A DNA stretch of 63,926 nt, filler included, from an uncultured Methanosarcinales archaeon (GCA_964550945.1; 3 parts of 3 records of this genome joined end to end with filler, not necessarily neighbours in it), one strand, 5' to 3'; shown: positions 47,817-57,260, numbered from the whole stretch's first letter. Notes: generated from the sequence alone by a model not told the origin. Program-made: numbers and translations.

Positions 47817-48446
47817 ATGGTCCACCCAATAGGCAAGCGGATTTTTAAGGCCATAATACGGCCTTATATAAAAAAAATAAACGGATTAGAGAATATACCC
47901 AAAGACCTCAATTTCATAATTGCTGCTAACCACTCCAGTTATATAGATCATCTGATATTAGCCACAATATTTGTTAACCGCCTTAATAAGCGGATGCATT
48001 TTTTGGCAAAAAAAGAGCATTTTGATGGCTGGTTCCAAAGAAGGTTTCATAAATGGGCAGATGCTATTCCAATTGACAGAGAAAGTGGCGGTAAAGAGGC
48101 GTTGGCGTGGGCAATAACTGCCCTCAATAGTGGAAAGATAGTCTCAATTTATCCAGAAGGGACAAGAACATTAAATGGAAGGATACAAAAAGGAAAAACT
48201 GGTGTTGCGAGGCTTGCTCTGGCTGCAAAAGTGCCTGTATTGCCTATTGGGCTTGTTGGAACATTTGATATCATGCCTAAAGGAAAATTTTTTCCAAGAT
48301 TCAAAAGATGCACTGTAAATATAGGAAAGTTAATGTACTTTAAAGAATATTATGGAAAATGTGACGATTATGACATATCAAGAAAGGTTACTGACAGGAT
48401 AATGAAAGAGATAGCAAGACTATCAAACCAAGAACAAGGTTATTAA
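47817..48446 (+). CDS. plsC: 1-acyl-sn-glycerol-3-phosphate acyltransferase family, copy 2
   Basis: NHSSYID (HxxxxD), FLAKKE, PIDR, YPEGTR, KTGVARLAL..KVPVLP. Confidence 0.9.
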   Translation: MVHPIGKRIFKAIIRPYIKKINGLENIPKDLNFIIAANHSSYIDHLILATIFVNRLNKRMHFLAKKEHFDGWFQRRFHKWADAIPIDRESGGKEALAWAITALNSGKIVSIYPEGTRTLNGRIQKGKTGVARLALAAKVPVLPIGLVGTFDIMPKGKFFPRFKRCTVNIGKLMYFKEYYGKCDDYDISRKVTDRIMKEIARLSNQEQGY

Positions 48447-48447
48447 A

Positions 48448-49422
48448 ATGGGAAAGATATCAGTCATTGGAGCTGGAGGATGGGGTACTGCATTATCAGT
48501 TGTGCTCTCAGAGAATAATAAGGTAAACCTATGGGTTCGTGAGCCGGAATTGTTTAAGGTTATGAAGAGTGAGAATGAAAATAAATTGTTTCTTCCAGGA
48601 GTAAAAATTTCGGGCTCAGTTGTATTGAGCAATGATCTGGCTGAGGTTGTAACTGGATCCGATATTATTTTTATGGCTGTTCCTACCCAATTTGTCAGGG
48701 GTGTTGCAAAACAAATATCGAAATATGTTAAAAAGGAAGCTGTTCTTGTCAGTGTTGCCAAAGGCCTTGAAGAGAATAGCTATAAAAGAATGTCTGAAGT
48801 GATTGAGGAAGAAACGAATGGAAAGATGGTTGCGTTGTCTGGCCCAAATCACAGCGAAGAGGTAGGCAGAAAAATACCAACTGCGACAGTAATTGCCTCA
48901 AAAAATGATAGCGCATTGCTTGATGTTAAGAAAGCCTTATCTACCCCTTATTTTAAAGTATACCCTCATAATGATATTGTTGGTGTAGAGATATGCGGCG
49001 CAATAAAGAATATAACTGCAATAGCAGCAGGCATATGTGACGGGCTGGGCTTCGGGGATAATTCAAGAGCCAGCATAATAACTCTTGGCTTGACTGAGAT
49101 GAATAGGTTTGGAAGATATTTTGGCGCTGAGCAAAAAACAGTTTATGGCCTTGCTGGTGTTGGTGATTTAGTCGCTACATGCACAAGCGTTCATTCAAGA
49201 AATAGGTTTGTGGGCCAAAAGATAGCTGAAGGAAAATCTTTTGAGGAAATACAGAAAGAGATGCATGGAATGGTGGCTGAGGGGATAAGAACCACTAAAG
49301 CGGTCTATGAATTCAGCCAAAAGAATGGCGTAGATATGCCTTTGACAACTCAGGTCTACAAAGTATTGTATGAACGAAAAGAGCTAAAAAAAGCAATTAA
49401 GGACCTGATAATGTTGATTTGA
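48448..49422 (+). CDS. gpsA: NAD(P)H-dependent glycerol-3-phosphate dehydrogenase
   Basis: GAGGWGTAL, KGLE, LSGPNH..EV, GAIKN..AIA.G, GLAGVGDL.ATC.S.HSRN, AEG. Confidence 0.95.
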   Translation: MGKISVIGAGGWGTALSVVLSENNKVNLWVREPELFKVMKSENENKLFLPGVKISGSVVLSNDLAEVVTGSDIIFMAVPTQFVRGVAKQISKYVKKEAVLVSVAKGLEENSYKRMSEVIEEETNGKMVALSGPNHSEEVGRKIPTATVIASKNDSALLDVKKALSTPYFKVYPHNDIVGVEICGAIKNITAIAAGICDGLGFGDNSRASIITLGLTEMNRFGRYFGAEQKTVYGLAGVGDLVATCTSVHSRNRFVGQKIAEGKSFEEIQKEMHGMVAEGIRTTKAVYEFSQKNGVDMPLTTQVYKVLYERKELKKAIKDLIMLI

Positions 49423-50025
49423 TTACTCGTCAGAGAAATCTTCTAATTTCTCTGGCATTTCTTCGTCCTTTTTTATTATGCCCCGCTTCTTCAGGTATTC
49501 TCTTGCCAGTATCCAGAAAAATAATCCGAGGCTTTTCTTTCCTTTGTTATTGCATGGTATCACTAAGTCGATATTATTGGATTGGTTATTTGTGTCGCAT
49601 AAGGCTATTACAGGAACGCCAACTTTGACTGCATCGTTTATAGTGTTCCTATCTGGCCACGAATCCACTGCAAGCAATAATCTTACTTCCCTGTAAATCT
49701 CCAGATTTGGATTGGTAAGCATTCCAGGAGGGTATCTGCCAGCAAAAACTAAAGCACCAGTGGATTTGCCAAACATCTTAACCGCTTTCCAGCCGTTTTC
49801 CCTTCTGCTGACAATAATAATATCTTCTGGTGAGTATTGAGACATTAAGTTAGCTGCTAGCTTTATTCTTTCGTCAATCTTTTGAAGGTTTAGGACACTC
49901 AATCCATCTGGCCTGGTCTTATAGATAAACTGCTCCATATATTTTGTCCTGAATTTTGTTCCTATGTGTATTCCAGACTTTAGGTAAACATCTGTAGGCA
50001 CTAAAAATTGCTGTTCTTCTGTCAT
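49423..50025 (-). CDS. rps2: 30S ribosomal protein uS2, archaeal type
   Basis: YLKSGIHIGTK, YKTRPDGL.V, GRY.PG.LTNP, IALCDTNN, IPCNNKG.KSL. Confidence 0.97.
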   Translation of the reverse strand: MTEEQQFLVPTDVYLKSGIHIGTKFRTKYMEQFIYKTRPDGLSVLNLQKIDERIKLAANLMSQYSPEDIIIVSRRENGWKAVKMFGKSTGALVFAGRYPPGMLTNPNLEIYREVRLLLAVDSWPDRNTINDAVKVGVPVIALCDTNNQSNNIDLVIPCNNKGKKSLGLFFWILAREYLKKRGIIKKDEEMPEKLEDFSDE

Positions 50026-50124
50026 TTTGAAAACTCCGCTTGCTTTTTTATAACCTCACAAGCATGTATACAAGCCATAGCCAGCCTGTATCTTTGGTAT
50101 TAAGCCATAGAAATTAAGCCTTAT

Positions 50125-50670
50125 TTATAAATGTGGCGGTTTATATTCTTCAACTACTTCATAAACAGGGCCTTGCTTTGTCAATGTGCTTTTATACAGC
50201 TTGAAAGAGCCTATATTGAACTCTTTTTGCTCAATCTTTATTGAGCTTAGTTTTTCTATGAATTGTTTTTTATCTTTGACAAACTTAACTCTTGCAAGGG
50301 TTATATGGCCTAAGAATTGCTTTTCCATGTCAAACATCCTGCTTAAACTGATGTCTATTGATTTATGGAGCTCAAATAAAATGTCTTCTCCTTTGAATCC
50401 GATCCATACTACCCTAATGTAACTTTCATCTGGAAATATTCCTATTTTCTCTGTCACTAAAGAAAAAGGCCTGAATTTTATATTTCCCAGGATTTCTTTT
50501 ATTTTCTTAATATTCTCCTCTTTAACTTCTCCAAGAAATTTTAGAGTGATGTGGAGGTTTTCTTTTTGAACATAGCTTAGCTGAGCTGAATCCTCTCCAA
50601 TCTGATTCTGTACCTGAGAAAAATATTCCTTAAGCTCTTCTGGCAGATCAATTGCTACAAAAAGCCTCAT
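50125..50670 (-). CDS. thpR: RNA 2',3'-cyclic phosphodiesterase (2H family)
   Basis: MRLFVAID, LHITLKFLG and GHITLAR (two HxT motifs), STLT..GPVY. Confidence 0.92.
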   Translation of the reverse strand: MRLFVAIDLPEELKEYFSQVQNQIGEDSAQLSYVQKENLHITLKFLGEVKEENIKKIKEILGNIKFRPFSLVTEKIGIFPDESYIRVVWIGFKGEDILFELHKSIDISLSRMFDMEKQFLGHITLARVKFVKDKKQFIEKLSSIKIEQKEFNIGSFKLYKSTLTKQGPVYEVVEEYKPPHL

Positions 50671-50738
50671 AAAAAAAGAGTACAGCAACAGCTATATAAA
50701 GCTAATTAAAAAATAAGAAAAAAATAGAACTAAGCTAT

Positions 50739-51101
50739 TTATTCTGTATTTTCTTCTATGTCTTCGCCAAAATCTTCTGTGTCTTTCTGTTCAGTTTCTT
50801 CAGATTCCTCTTGTTGAGGTTTCTCTTCATCTGATTCAGAAGATTCTTCCTTTGGTTCGCTGGATTCAGAAGCTTCTCCTTTTCCAACAACCTCGGCAAA
50901 GCCAACTCGCCTTAATACCTTGGTTACTCTGACTTTTACTTCGTCTCCTTCATTGGTGTTAGGTATAAACAAAACGAAACCATCTTTCTTTGCAATGCCA
51001 TCGCCTTTTTCACCAACTGCTTCTATCTTCACATCTAACTCATCGCCAACTTTAACTGGCGCTGTAAATCCTCTTGGCTTAAAGCCACCTTCATTTCTCA
51101 T
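50739..51101 (-). CDS. Single TRAM-domain RNA-binding protein with an acidic tail
   Basis: APVKVGDELDVKIEAVGEKGDGIAK.DGFV.F.P....GD.VKV.V.KV; GGTGA SD upstream of ATG 51101. Confidence 0.9.
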   Translation of the reverse strand: MRNEGGFKPRGFTAPVKVGDELDVKIEAVGEKGDGIAKKDGFVLFIPNTNEGDEVKVRVTKVLRRVGFAEVVGKGEASESSEPKEESSESDEEKPQQEESEETEQKDTEDFGEDIEENTE

Positions 51102-51280
51102 GTTCAATTTCACCTATCTATCTAATTTATGTGCAATTTACTACACACTAATCTTGCATTAAATCACTAATGCAATAGTAGTTAGAATTCACTTTGAGTA
51201 TTTAAAGGTAATGTTTTTTAAATGGTTTGTGTTATCCCAAAACTATTTCCCTACGGTGAGTTTCTTTCGTATATGAAACT

Positions 51281-51380
51281 NNNNNNNNNNNNNNNNNNNN
51301 NNNNNNNNNNNNNNNNNNNNNNNNTTAATTAATTAANNNNNNNNNNNNNNNNNNNNNNNNNNNNNNNNNNNNNNNNNNNN
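51281..51380. other. Artificial contig linker (N44-TTAATTAATTAA-N44)
   Basis: Same structure as 25796-25895. Confidence 0.97.
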
Positions 51381-51421
51381 ACGCCATTCATCCCCAAACA
51401 CAAGTGTTGGGGATTTCTGGC
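51381..51421. mobile_element. Putative IS200/IS605-family terminal hairpin remnant at contig start
   Basis: CCATTCATCCCCAAACACAAGTGTTGGGGATTTCTGG: imperfect palindrome flanked by ATTCATCCC and GGG.TTTCT, the pattern of IS200/IS605 subterminal hairpins. Confidence 0.5.
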
Positions 51422-51430
51422 TAAGCGAAT

Positions 51431-52396
51431 TTAATAACCTTCATTCCAAACCCTCCAGAATTCCTGCAGGTATTCTTTAGCAATCCTTGGATCATTGATT
51501 ATTACAATATTCTCATCATTCTTATGGTCTCCAGCAGAAGTTGGATTATATGAGCCGGTTATTACGGTTTTGTAATCAATGATAAACACCTTATGGTGCA
51601 TGAATGCCGGGTTTTTATCTGATCTAACATCAAGTCCAAAGCCTTTTAATCTTTTATACTGCGAATACTGGCCAGCTGCTTGTGTTTTGTCAAATACCCC
51701 CTTGACGTCCGTTAGGTTATTAAGCAGTATTGCATCAGCTACTTCCTCGTCAGTAAAAGAAAAAATCATAAAATAAACTGATTTTTTGGCCTTAAGCAGC
51801 TCTTCTATAACCTGGTCATTGCAGCCATCGTCAGGGCAGAAATAATTTTCAATTTTTTTATTGTTGATATAAACAACAGGAAAATCTACTGCTTCACCTT
51901 CTCCAAACCGCCTGTTCCAGAGCTCATTAAACTCATTCTTATAATTCTGGGCAAGATATTTTGAATAGAAAACAATTACATTATCATCATTTTTATTTTT
52001 CTTTTCTGTCGGGTTAAAAGAGCCAGTCCATATTTTGCTATCATCAACAACACAAAATTTGTTATGGCTAAGCTGATTATTATCATCAAAGATTACCCAA
52101 CTTTTATTTATCTGGTTTTTATTGTTCTGGTTGTCTATCACAACCTTAACATCTATTGTCTTGCTTTTATTGATTAGCGCATTTATAACGCCTTTTGACC
52201 TTAAATCAAAAAATGCACAATAGATATAGTTATTGGCAGAGCTTATAAACGCTGCAAGATAACCCAAACAATCCTCATCTTCACAAAAATAAACCTCTGT
52301 TTCTTTTGCAGTTTCCTTAGGGATCTCTTTTGCCACATTTCCTGTAATGCTGCAACCAACCAAGAAAAGAATTAAAAAAAACCCGAATTTCCTCAT
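51431..52396 (-). CDS. Phospholipase D-superfamily protein, two HKD motifs, lipoprotein-like signal
   Basis: HNKFCVVD...TGSFN and HHKVFIID...TGSYN; LVGC lipobox-like. Confidence 0.9.
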   Translation of the reverse strand: MRKFGFFLILFLVGCSITGNVAKEIPKETAKETEVYFCEDEDCLGYLAAFISSANNYIYCAFFDLRSKGVINALINKSKTIDVKVVIDNQNNKNQINKSWVIFDDNNQLSHNKFCVVDDSKIWTGSFNPTEKKNKNDDNVIVFYSKYLAQNYKNEFNELWNRRFGEGEAVDFPVVYINNKKIENYFCPDDGCNDQVIEELLKAKKSVYFMIFSFTDEEVADAILLNNLTDVKGVFDKTQAAGQYSQYKRLKGFGLDVRSDKNPAFMHHKVFIIDYKTVITGSYNPTSAGDHKNDENIVIINDPRIAKEYLQEFWRVWNEGY

Positions 52397-52956
52397 AACA
52401 GCTCACTTATTCTAGAGCTTTTCAATAGCTTGAATTTTGTTCCAGCATATCTTTTATCTGTTTTATCAATAAAATCAATTATATCTTTATTCTTCTTATT
52501 TTTTATATATTTTAAATTATTGAATTTGCAGAAATGCTCAAGCTCTTCTTCAGTAATGCATTTAAACAGTTTGGTATAGCTAACTTTATTTTTCTTATTT
52601 AAGAATATCCTTTCCAAAAAACAATTGATCTCATCATCCAAAGTCCATGGAACAACTACATTACTTATTTTATTTCTTTGGGTATACCTCACTATTGATG
52701 GATCATTCAATTGGTTGATATCACCATACTTTTTATAAAAGAACAATTTTTTTGGCAAATCCTTAACAATTTTGTTCACAATGTAAAAAGAAAGCGAATC
52801 AAAAACAATAATCCTGTCATTTTTTCTGAATAGCTTGTTTATCCTCGCATTCTTTCTTATCCTTTTTTCTATCACCCTCAAAAAGCAATCTCTGCAAAGA
52901 TTGCCAAGGTGCTCTAAGCTTACTTCTGCCTTCCTGCTGCATGTAGAACATTTCAT
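52393..52956 (-). CDS. Degenerate TtuA/Ncs6/TtcA-like protein lacking the PP-loop
   Basis: CSTC...LCRDCF...EKRIRK, TLDDE; no SGGKDS motif. Confidence 0.6.
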   Translation of the reverse strand: MKCSTCSRKAEVSLEHLGNLCRDCFLRVIEKRIRKNARINKLFRKNDRIIVFDSLSFYIVNKIVKDLPKKLFFYKKYGDINQLNDPSIVRYTQRNKISNVVVPWTLDDEINCFLERIFLNKKNKVSYTKLFKCITEEELEHFCKFNNLKYIKNKKNKDIIDFIDKTDKRYAGTKFKLLKSSRISELL

Positions 52957-53105
52957 AAATTTCAAGATTTTCACTCTATTTAAATAGTTTATTGCTCCTT
53001 TTGTTGTCTCCACTTTGTTACTACTTTAAAATACTATCTTAACGAAAAATTTATATAGTTGTATTTGTTGAAGAAAGATGGGTGGAAGGTTAGATTCATA
53101 ATCTA

Positions 53106-54962
53106 TCACCTCTTTTTTCCCGGCAGGACACTCGTGTAGTGTTCTGCGGGTTTATGCTTCTTTTTATGCTTCTTAATCTTGATTCCAATCAGTAAGCCTA
53201 TTAAAATTCCTAATACAAATGTATAAATCGCAAGTAAAATATCTTTTCTTAAGACAACAATTTTTTTCTTTTCCTTAAAATACATCTCTAAATTGCTCAA
53301 TTCCAGAGAATACTCTGAATATATCAAAGGCGAAGAATAATCCTCAGAATCAATCAGGGTATTTGCATATTCATAATAACTATAACCCAGTATGGGAAAT
53401 ATGCCTCTTTGCTGCTGTTTCACAAGGTTCCTCTTTACAATGCCAAGCTTCTGCTCAATGAAAGATTTTATTTTTTCTTCTTTTACTCCCATCATGCTTA
53501 ATGCTGCATCAATCTCTGCCTTTGCTTTGCTTGCCTGGAACAAGCACAGCTCAAAATTTCCTTCAGCTGAGTATGAATAAGCATAATCAAGGCTGTTCTT
53601 TGTATCCTCAAACTCCCTCCCGAAGATTGACTTGATGTACTGATAGCGCTCGTCTGCTTCCGCTAGCTTATCTTTGCACGCTTTTTCTAATATCACCTTA
53701 TTCAGGTTAAACTCCTTTCCTCGGTTATCAAAGAATTTAGACCAAGAAAAAGCAGAATACACCCTTTCTTTCGCATAAGCTAGATTGGTTATCTTCTTTC
53801 TATAATCCTCTTCTTTATTCAGCTTATCAAAATACTCGTCTGCTTCTATAAGCCTCTCTTTGACAACCATAAAGCTTTCCAGATCACTTATCGTTTTTTT
53901 CTCCCTTGAGATCTGCTTATCCAATATCCTGGACTGCTCCTTGAGCTTGCTAACCTCAATCGAGATATTATCCAAGCTTAAATTTTTCAAAAGAAAGATC
54001 ATATTGCTGTATTTCACATTTGCGCCAAAGCAAAAGCTTGCTGACGAGTAATACAATTTTTTATCAAATGCCGTTTTTCCTTTCTCAGTCAGGTTTGATG
54101 CCTCTTTTTCGATCTCAATAAAGCTGTTATTATCAATCAATTCCTGCTTCAAAGCATTGCTCCTGTCGCATAAGTTTATCGCAAGCTCCTTCATTGTCTT
54201 TTCGTAAGACGGATCTATTGTCAGATCAGCTTCAATCTGTTTTGTTGCATATTTCCCAGATAGTATATAAGAAGCTTCATTTAGGTCTGCAGCTTCGATA
54301 ACCTCTACACCAAGCTTTTGTCCATATTCTATTAGATCAATAGTCACATTTTTCTTTGCTCGGGTTATATTTGTTTGGAATGTCCTGTTTATTGTTTCAT
54401 TAAAAATTCCTATTATCGGAACAACTGTCAGTATTGTTTCCTTTTCTTCTGGCGACTCTGTCACAAACCTTTCGCCTTTGGGGATTATGACCTTCTTTAA
54501 GCCATTGTTAGCAGCTGCTTCTATCTTTTCTTTTAAGCCACCAACAGGCCCGATAAGGCCGCCAGAATTGATTGTGCCTGTTATTGATATTGTCTCGTCA
54601 ACATCCATATTCAACAAAGATAATACCGTTAGGGCAGATATCGCAGTCCCTGCTGAAGGCCCGCCGACTATCGCAGAATCTGCCTGGATAGTGTAGATAA
54701 AATCATAGTTATCGCAGCTTACATCAAGAAAATCGCATGCGACCTCTTTTGCAAACCTTGTAGACATCTGTGTATCTAATTTTGTCAAAGGATAGGTATC
54801 CAAGAAAACACGGCCAGTTCCTGGCTTTAATTCAAGATACAAATCAGCGGTGCTTCCTTCATAGCCATCATTTGTCTCTTTAACAGCCAATAGCTTCATA
54901 TGGCTTGCGCTAACTAAAGGTAAAACCAACAATAACACGATGACCAACAAAACTTTTTTCAT
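53106..54962 (-). CDS. Archaeal Lon-like (S16) serine protease, membrane-anchored
   Basis: Signal peptide, VGGPSAG (Ser), TGTIN..G.IGPVGG..EK (Lys), C-terminal TM. Confidence 0.88.
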   Translation of the reverse strand: MKKVLLVIVLLLVLPLVSASHMKLLAVKETNDGYEGSTADLYLELKPGTGRVFLDTYPLTKLDTQMSTRFAKEVACDFLDVSCDNYDFIYTIQADSAIVGGPSAGTAISALTVLSLLNMDVDETISITGTINSGGLIGPVGGLKEKIEAAANNGLKKVIIPKGERFVTESPEEKETILTVVPIIGIFNETINRTFQTNITRAKKNVTIDLIEYGQKLGVEVIEAADLNEASYILSGKYATKQIEADLTIDPSYEKTMKELAINLCDRSNALKQELIDNNSFIEIEKEASNLTEKGKTAFDKKLYYSSASFCFGANVKYSNMIFLLKNLSLDNISIEVSKLKEQSRILDKQISREKKTISDLESFMVVKERLIEADEYFDKLNKEEDYRKKITNLAYAKERVYSAFSWSKFFDNRGKEFNLNKVILEKACKDKLAEADERYQYIKSIFGREFEDTKNSLDYAYSYSAEGNFELCLFQASKAKAEIDAALSMMGVKEEKIKSFIEQKLGIVKRNLVKQQQRGIFPILGYSYYEYANTLIDSEDYSSPLIYSEYSLELSNLEMYFKEKKKIVVLRKDILLAIYTFVLGILIGLLIGIKIKKHKKKHKPAEHYTSVLPGKKR

Positions 54963-55009
54963 ATGTTTCCAGAAAAATAACTAGTATTTAATATTTGTGA
55001 AAAGTCCAT

Positions 55010-57220
55010 CTATTTCTCTTTTTTGTCATTCTCTAATTTCTCTATATGCTTGCATTTAGGATAGTTGGAGCACCCGAAAAATTTGCCATAAATAGAGCTT
55101 CTGAGAACCATATTATTGCCGCATTTTGGGCACTTCTTCTCTATTTCTCCTTTTGCAACTGCTTTTGCTTGTTTTCCTGCTTCGCCTTCCACATGTTTGG
55201 ATGTGCATTTAGGATTTAAGCAGAACTCGCGGGCAGATTTCTTTTTCAAAGCCAATACCATGGGATAGCCGCAAACAGAGCACTTATTTTTACTGGCTTT
55301 TATTAATGCATTACCCGGCAAAGAAAAGGTTGTCTTGCATGCAGGATATTCATTGCATGCAGCAAAACTTCCAAATTTGCCTGTCCGCATCATCAAAGTT
55401 CCTTTCTTGCATACAGGGCACTCTCCCAAAGTATTTAATTCGTCTTTTGCCTGAAACACCGCTTCTTTTAGATTAGTCCCAATTTCTTTCTCATGTTTTT
55501 TAAATTCTTTGATGATTTTTGTCAAAGCTTCTTTTGCTTCCTCAAGGACTTCTTTGCTTTCTTTCTTGCCCTCCCTTATATCATCCATCTCCTGCTCAAA
55601 ATGCCTTGTAAGCTCTTCATCAACAATCTTCGGGCAATATTTCTCCAATGTCTCTATGGTCTTTATCCCTAGCTGTGTAGCTTCAATTGCTTTGCCATGC
55701 ACATAATTCCTCCCAAACAAGGTATCTACTATCTGTGCTCTTGTTGATTTTGTCCCTAACCCCCTTTTTTCAAGCTCTTTGATGATAGAAGCAGGTGTAT
55801 ATCTCTTTGGAGGCATTGTTTCCTTTTCATGCAGATTAATCTTCTCAACTTTCACAACATCATTTTTTTCAACCGCAGGTAATTCAATCTCCTCTAACTT
55901 AACATAAGGCATATAGAAATTATGCCATCCTTTTTCTATGGTTCTAGTGCCTTTTGCGATAAATATCTCATTCTTGCAATTGATATCAATCTGCATAGTC
56001 TCTCTTACAGCAGGGTCAGCAAAAGTCGCAAAGAATCTCTTTGTTATAAGGTCATATATTTTATGATTCCTGTCGTCTAGATCCGGCATAATCCCTGTGG
56101 GATATATTGCAGGATGCGCTGGGTCTGTCTTTGGGCCATTATTCGGCTTTAGAATTTTCCTGGCTAAAAGTTTTTTTACAAGCTCCCCATATGATTCCTG
56201 CTTAGATAATTGATTTAAGATGTTCTTATAGCTTATTTTGTCAGGCAATTGCTGGGAAGAGGTTCTTGGATAAGAGATATAACCCGAAGTATAAAGGTCT
56301 TGGGCAACTGATAAGGTATCTTTCGGCTGTATCCTATGGCATCTGTAAGCCTCAATCTGCAATGTTGTTAGGTCAAAAGGAAACGGAGGAGCTTGCTTGA
56401 ATTGTTTTTTTTCTGTTTTCTCCACTATCGCCTGTATTTCATTTTTTATTTTTTCAAATATTTTTGCTGCTTTTTCTTTTTCCCAGAATTTATCTTCTTT
56501 ATGCCACGCTTCAATCTTTCCTTTCTTGATTTCCCCTAAAAGCTCTATCTGCCAGAAAGGGACTGATTTGAATGCCCTTATCTCTTTTTCCCTGTCCACA
56601 ATTATCTTCAATGAAGGGCCCTGCACTCTTCCAGTTGACATAATCTTGAAAGAGCCTGCTGATTTTATTGAAGATGTTAATGCTCTTGAAAAGTTTATTC
56701 CATTATACCAATCCAGATAATGCCTTGTCTCGCCTGCTTTTGCCTGCCCCCAATCCAGATGTAAGCTTTTGTGCTCATAAGCCTCTATAATGTCCGGCTT
56801 GGTTAATGTCGAGAACTTCATCCTTGCTGCATCTTTCTTATTGCATGCATACCTTATAACATTTAATCCAATAACCTCTCCTTCAACATCATAATCGCAT
56901 GCAACAGTGAAGCTGGAAGCTTCTTTGGATAATTTTTTTATCAAGTTAAGGTAATTTTTTGAGAATTCTGCTCCTTTTTTAGTCTCATACGCAGGCTTCC
57001 ATTCAATATCAAATATCGGAAAATCCCATTTTTTCCCTTCTTTCTGGTCTAATCCATACAGATGGCCTACTGCGCAAGCAACAACTATATCCTTATTACC
57101 TCGAGTGATCTTATAGTAAGGGACTTGCTTGACATTCTCTTTTATCGCCTTTCCTTCTGCTAAAGATTCAGCAATTCTCTTCGCAGCCTGAGGCTTTTCA
57201 GTTATTATCAACTCGTACAT
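55010..57220 (-). CDS. topA: DNA topoisomerase IA with C-terminal zinc ribbons
   Basis: ITEKP, VGHL, CDYDVEGE, STGRVQGP, ISYPRT (catalytic Tyr), LGT.STRA, CPVC/CPKC. Confidence 0.97.
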   Translation of the reverse strand: MYELIITEKPQAAKRIAESLAEGKAIKENVKQVPYYKITRGNKDIVVACAVGHLYGLDQKEGKKWDFPIFDIEWKPAYETKKGAEFSKNYLNLIKKLSKEASSFTVACDYDVEGEVIGLNVIRYACNKKDAARMKFSTLTKPDIIEAYEHKSLHLDWGQAKAGETRHYLDWYNGINFSRALTSSIKSAGSFKIMSTGRVQGPSLKIIVDREKEIRAFKSVPFWQIELLGEIKKGKIEAWHKEDKFWEKEKAAKIFEKIKNEIQAIVEKTEKKQFKQAPPFPFDLTTLQIEAYRCHRIQPKDTLSVAQDLYTSGYISYPRTSSQQLPDKISYKNILNQLSKQESYGELVKKLLARKILKPNNGPKTDPAHPAIYPTGIMPDLDDRNHKIYDLITKRFFATFADPAVRETMQIDINCKNEIFIAKGTRTIEKGWHNFYMPYVKLEEIELPAVEKNDVVKVEKINLHEKETMPPKRYTPASIIKELEKRGLGTKSTRAQIVDTLFGRNYVHGKAIEATQLGIKTIETLEKYCPKIVDEELTRHFEQEMDDIREGKKESKEVLEEAKEALTKIIKEFKKHEKEIGTNLKEAVFQAKDELNTLGECPVCKKGTLMMRTGKFGSFAACNEYPACKTTFSLPGNALIKASKNKCSVCGYPMVLALKKKSAREFCLNPKCTSKHVEGEAGKQAKAVAKGEIEKKCPKCGNNMVLRSSIYGKFFGCSNYPKCKHIEKLENDKKEK

Positions 57221-57260
57221 ATATTTCACAGAATAATATTTTATTTAAAAAGTTTTGTAT

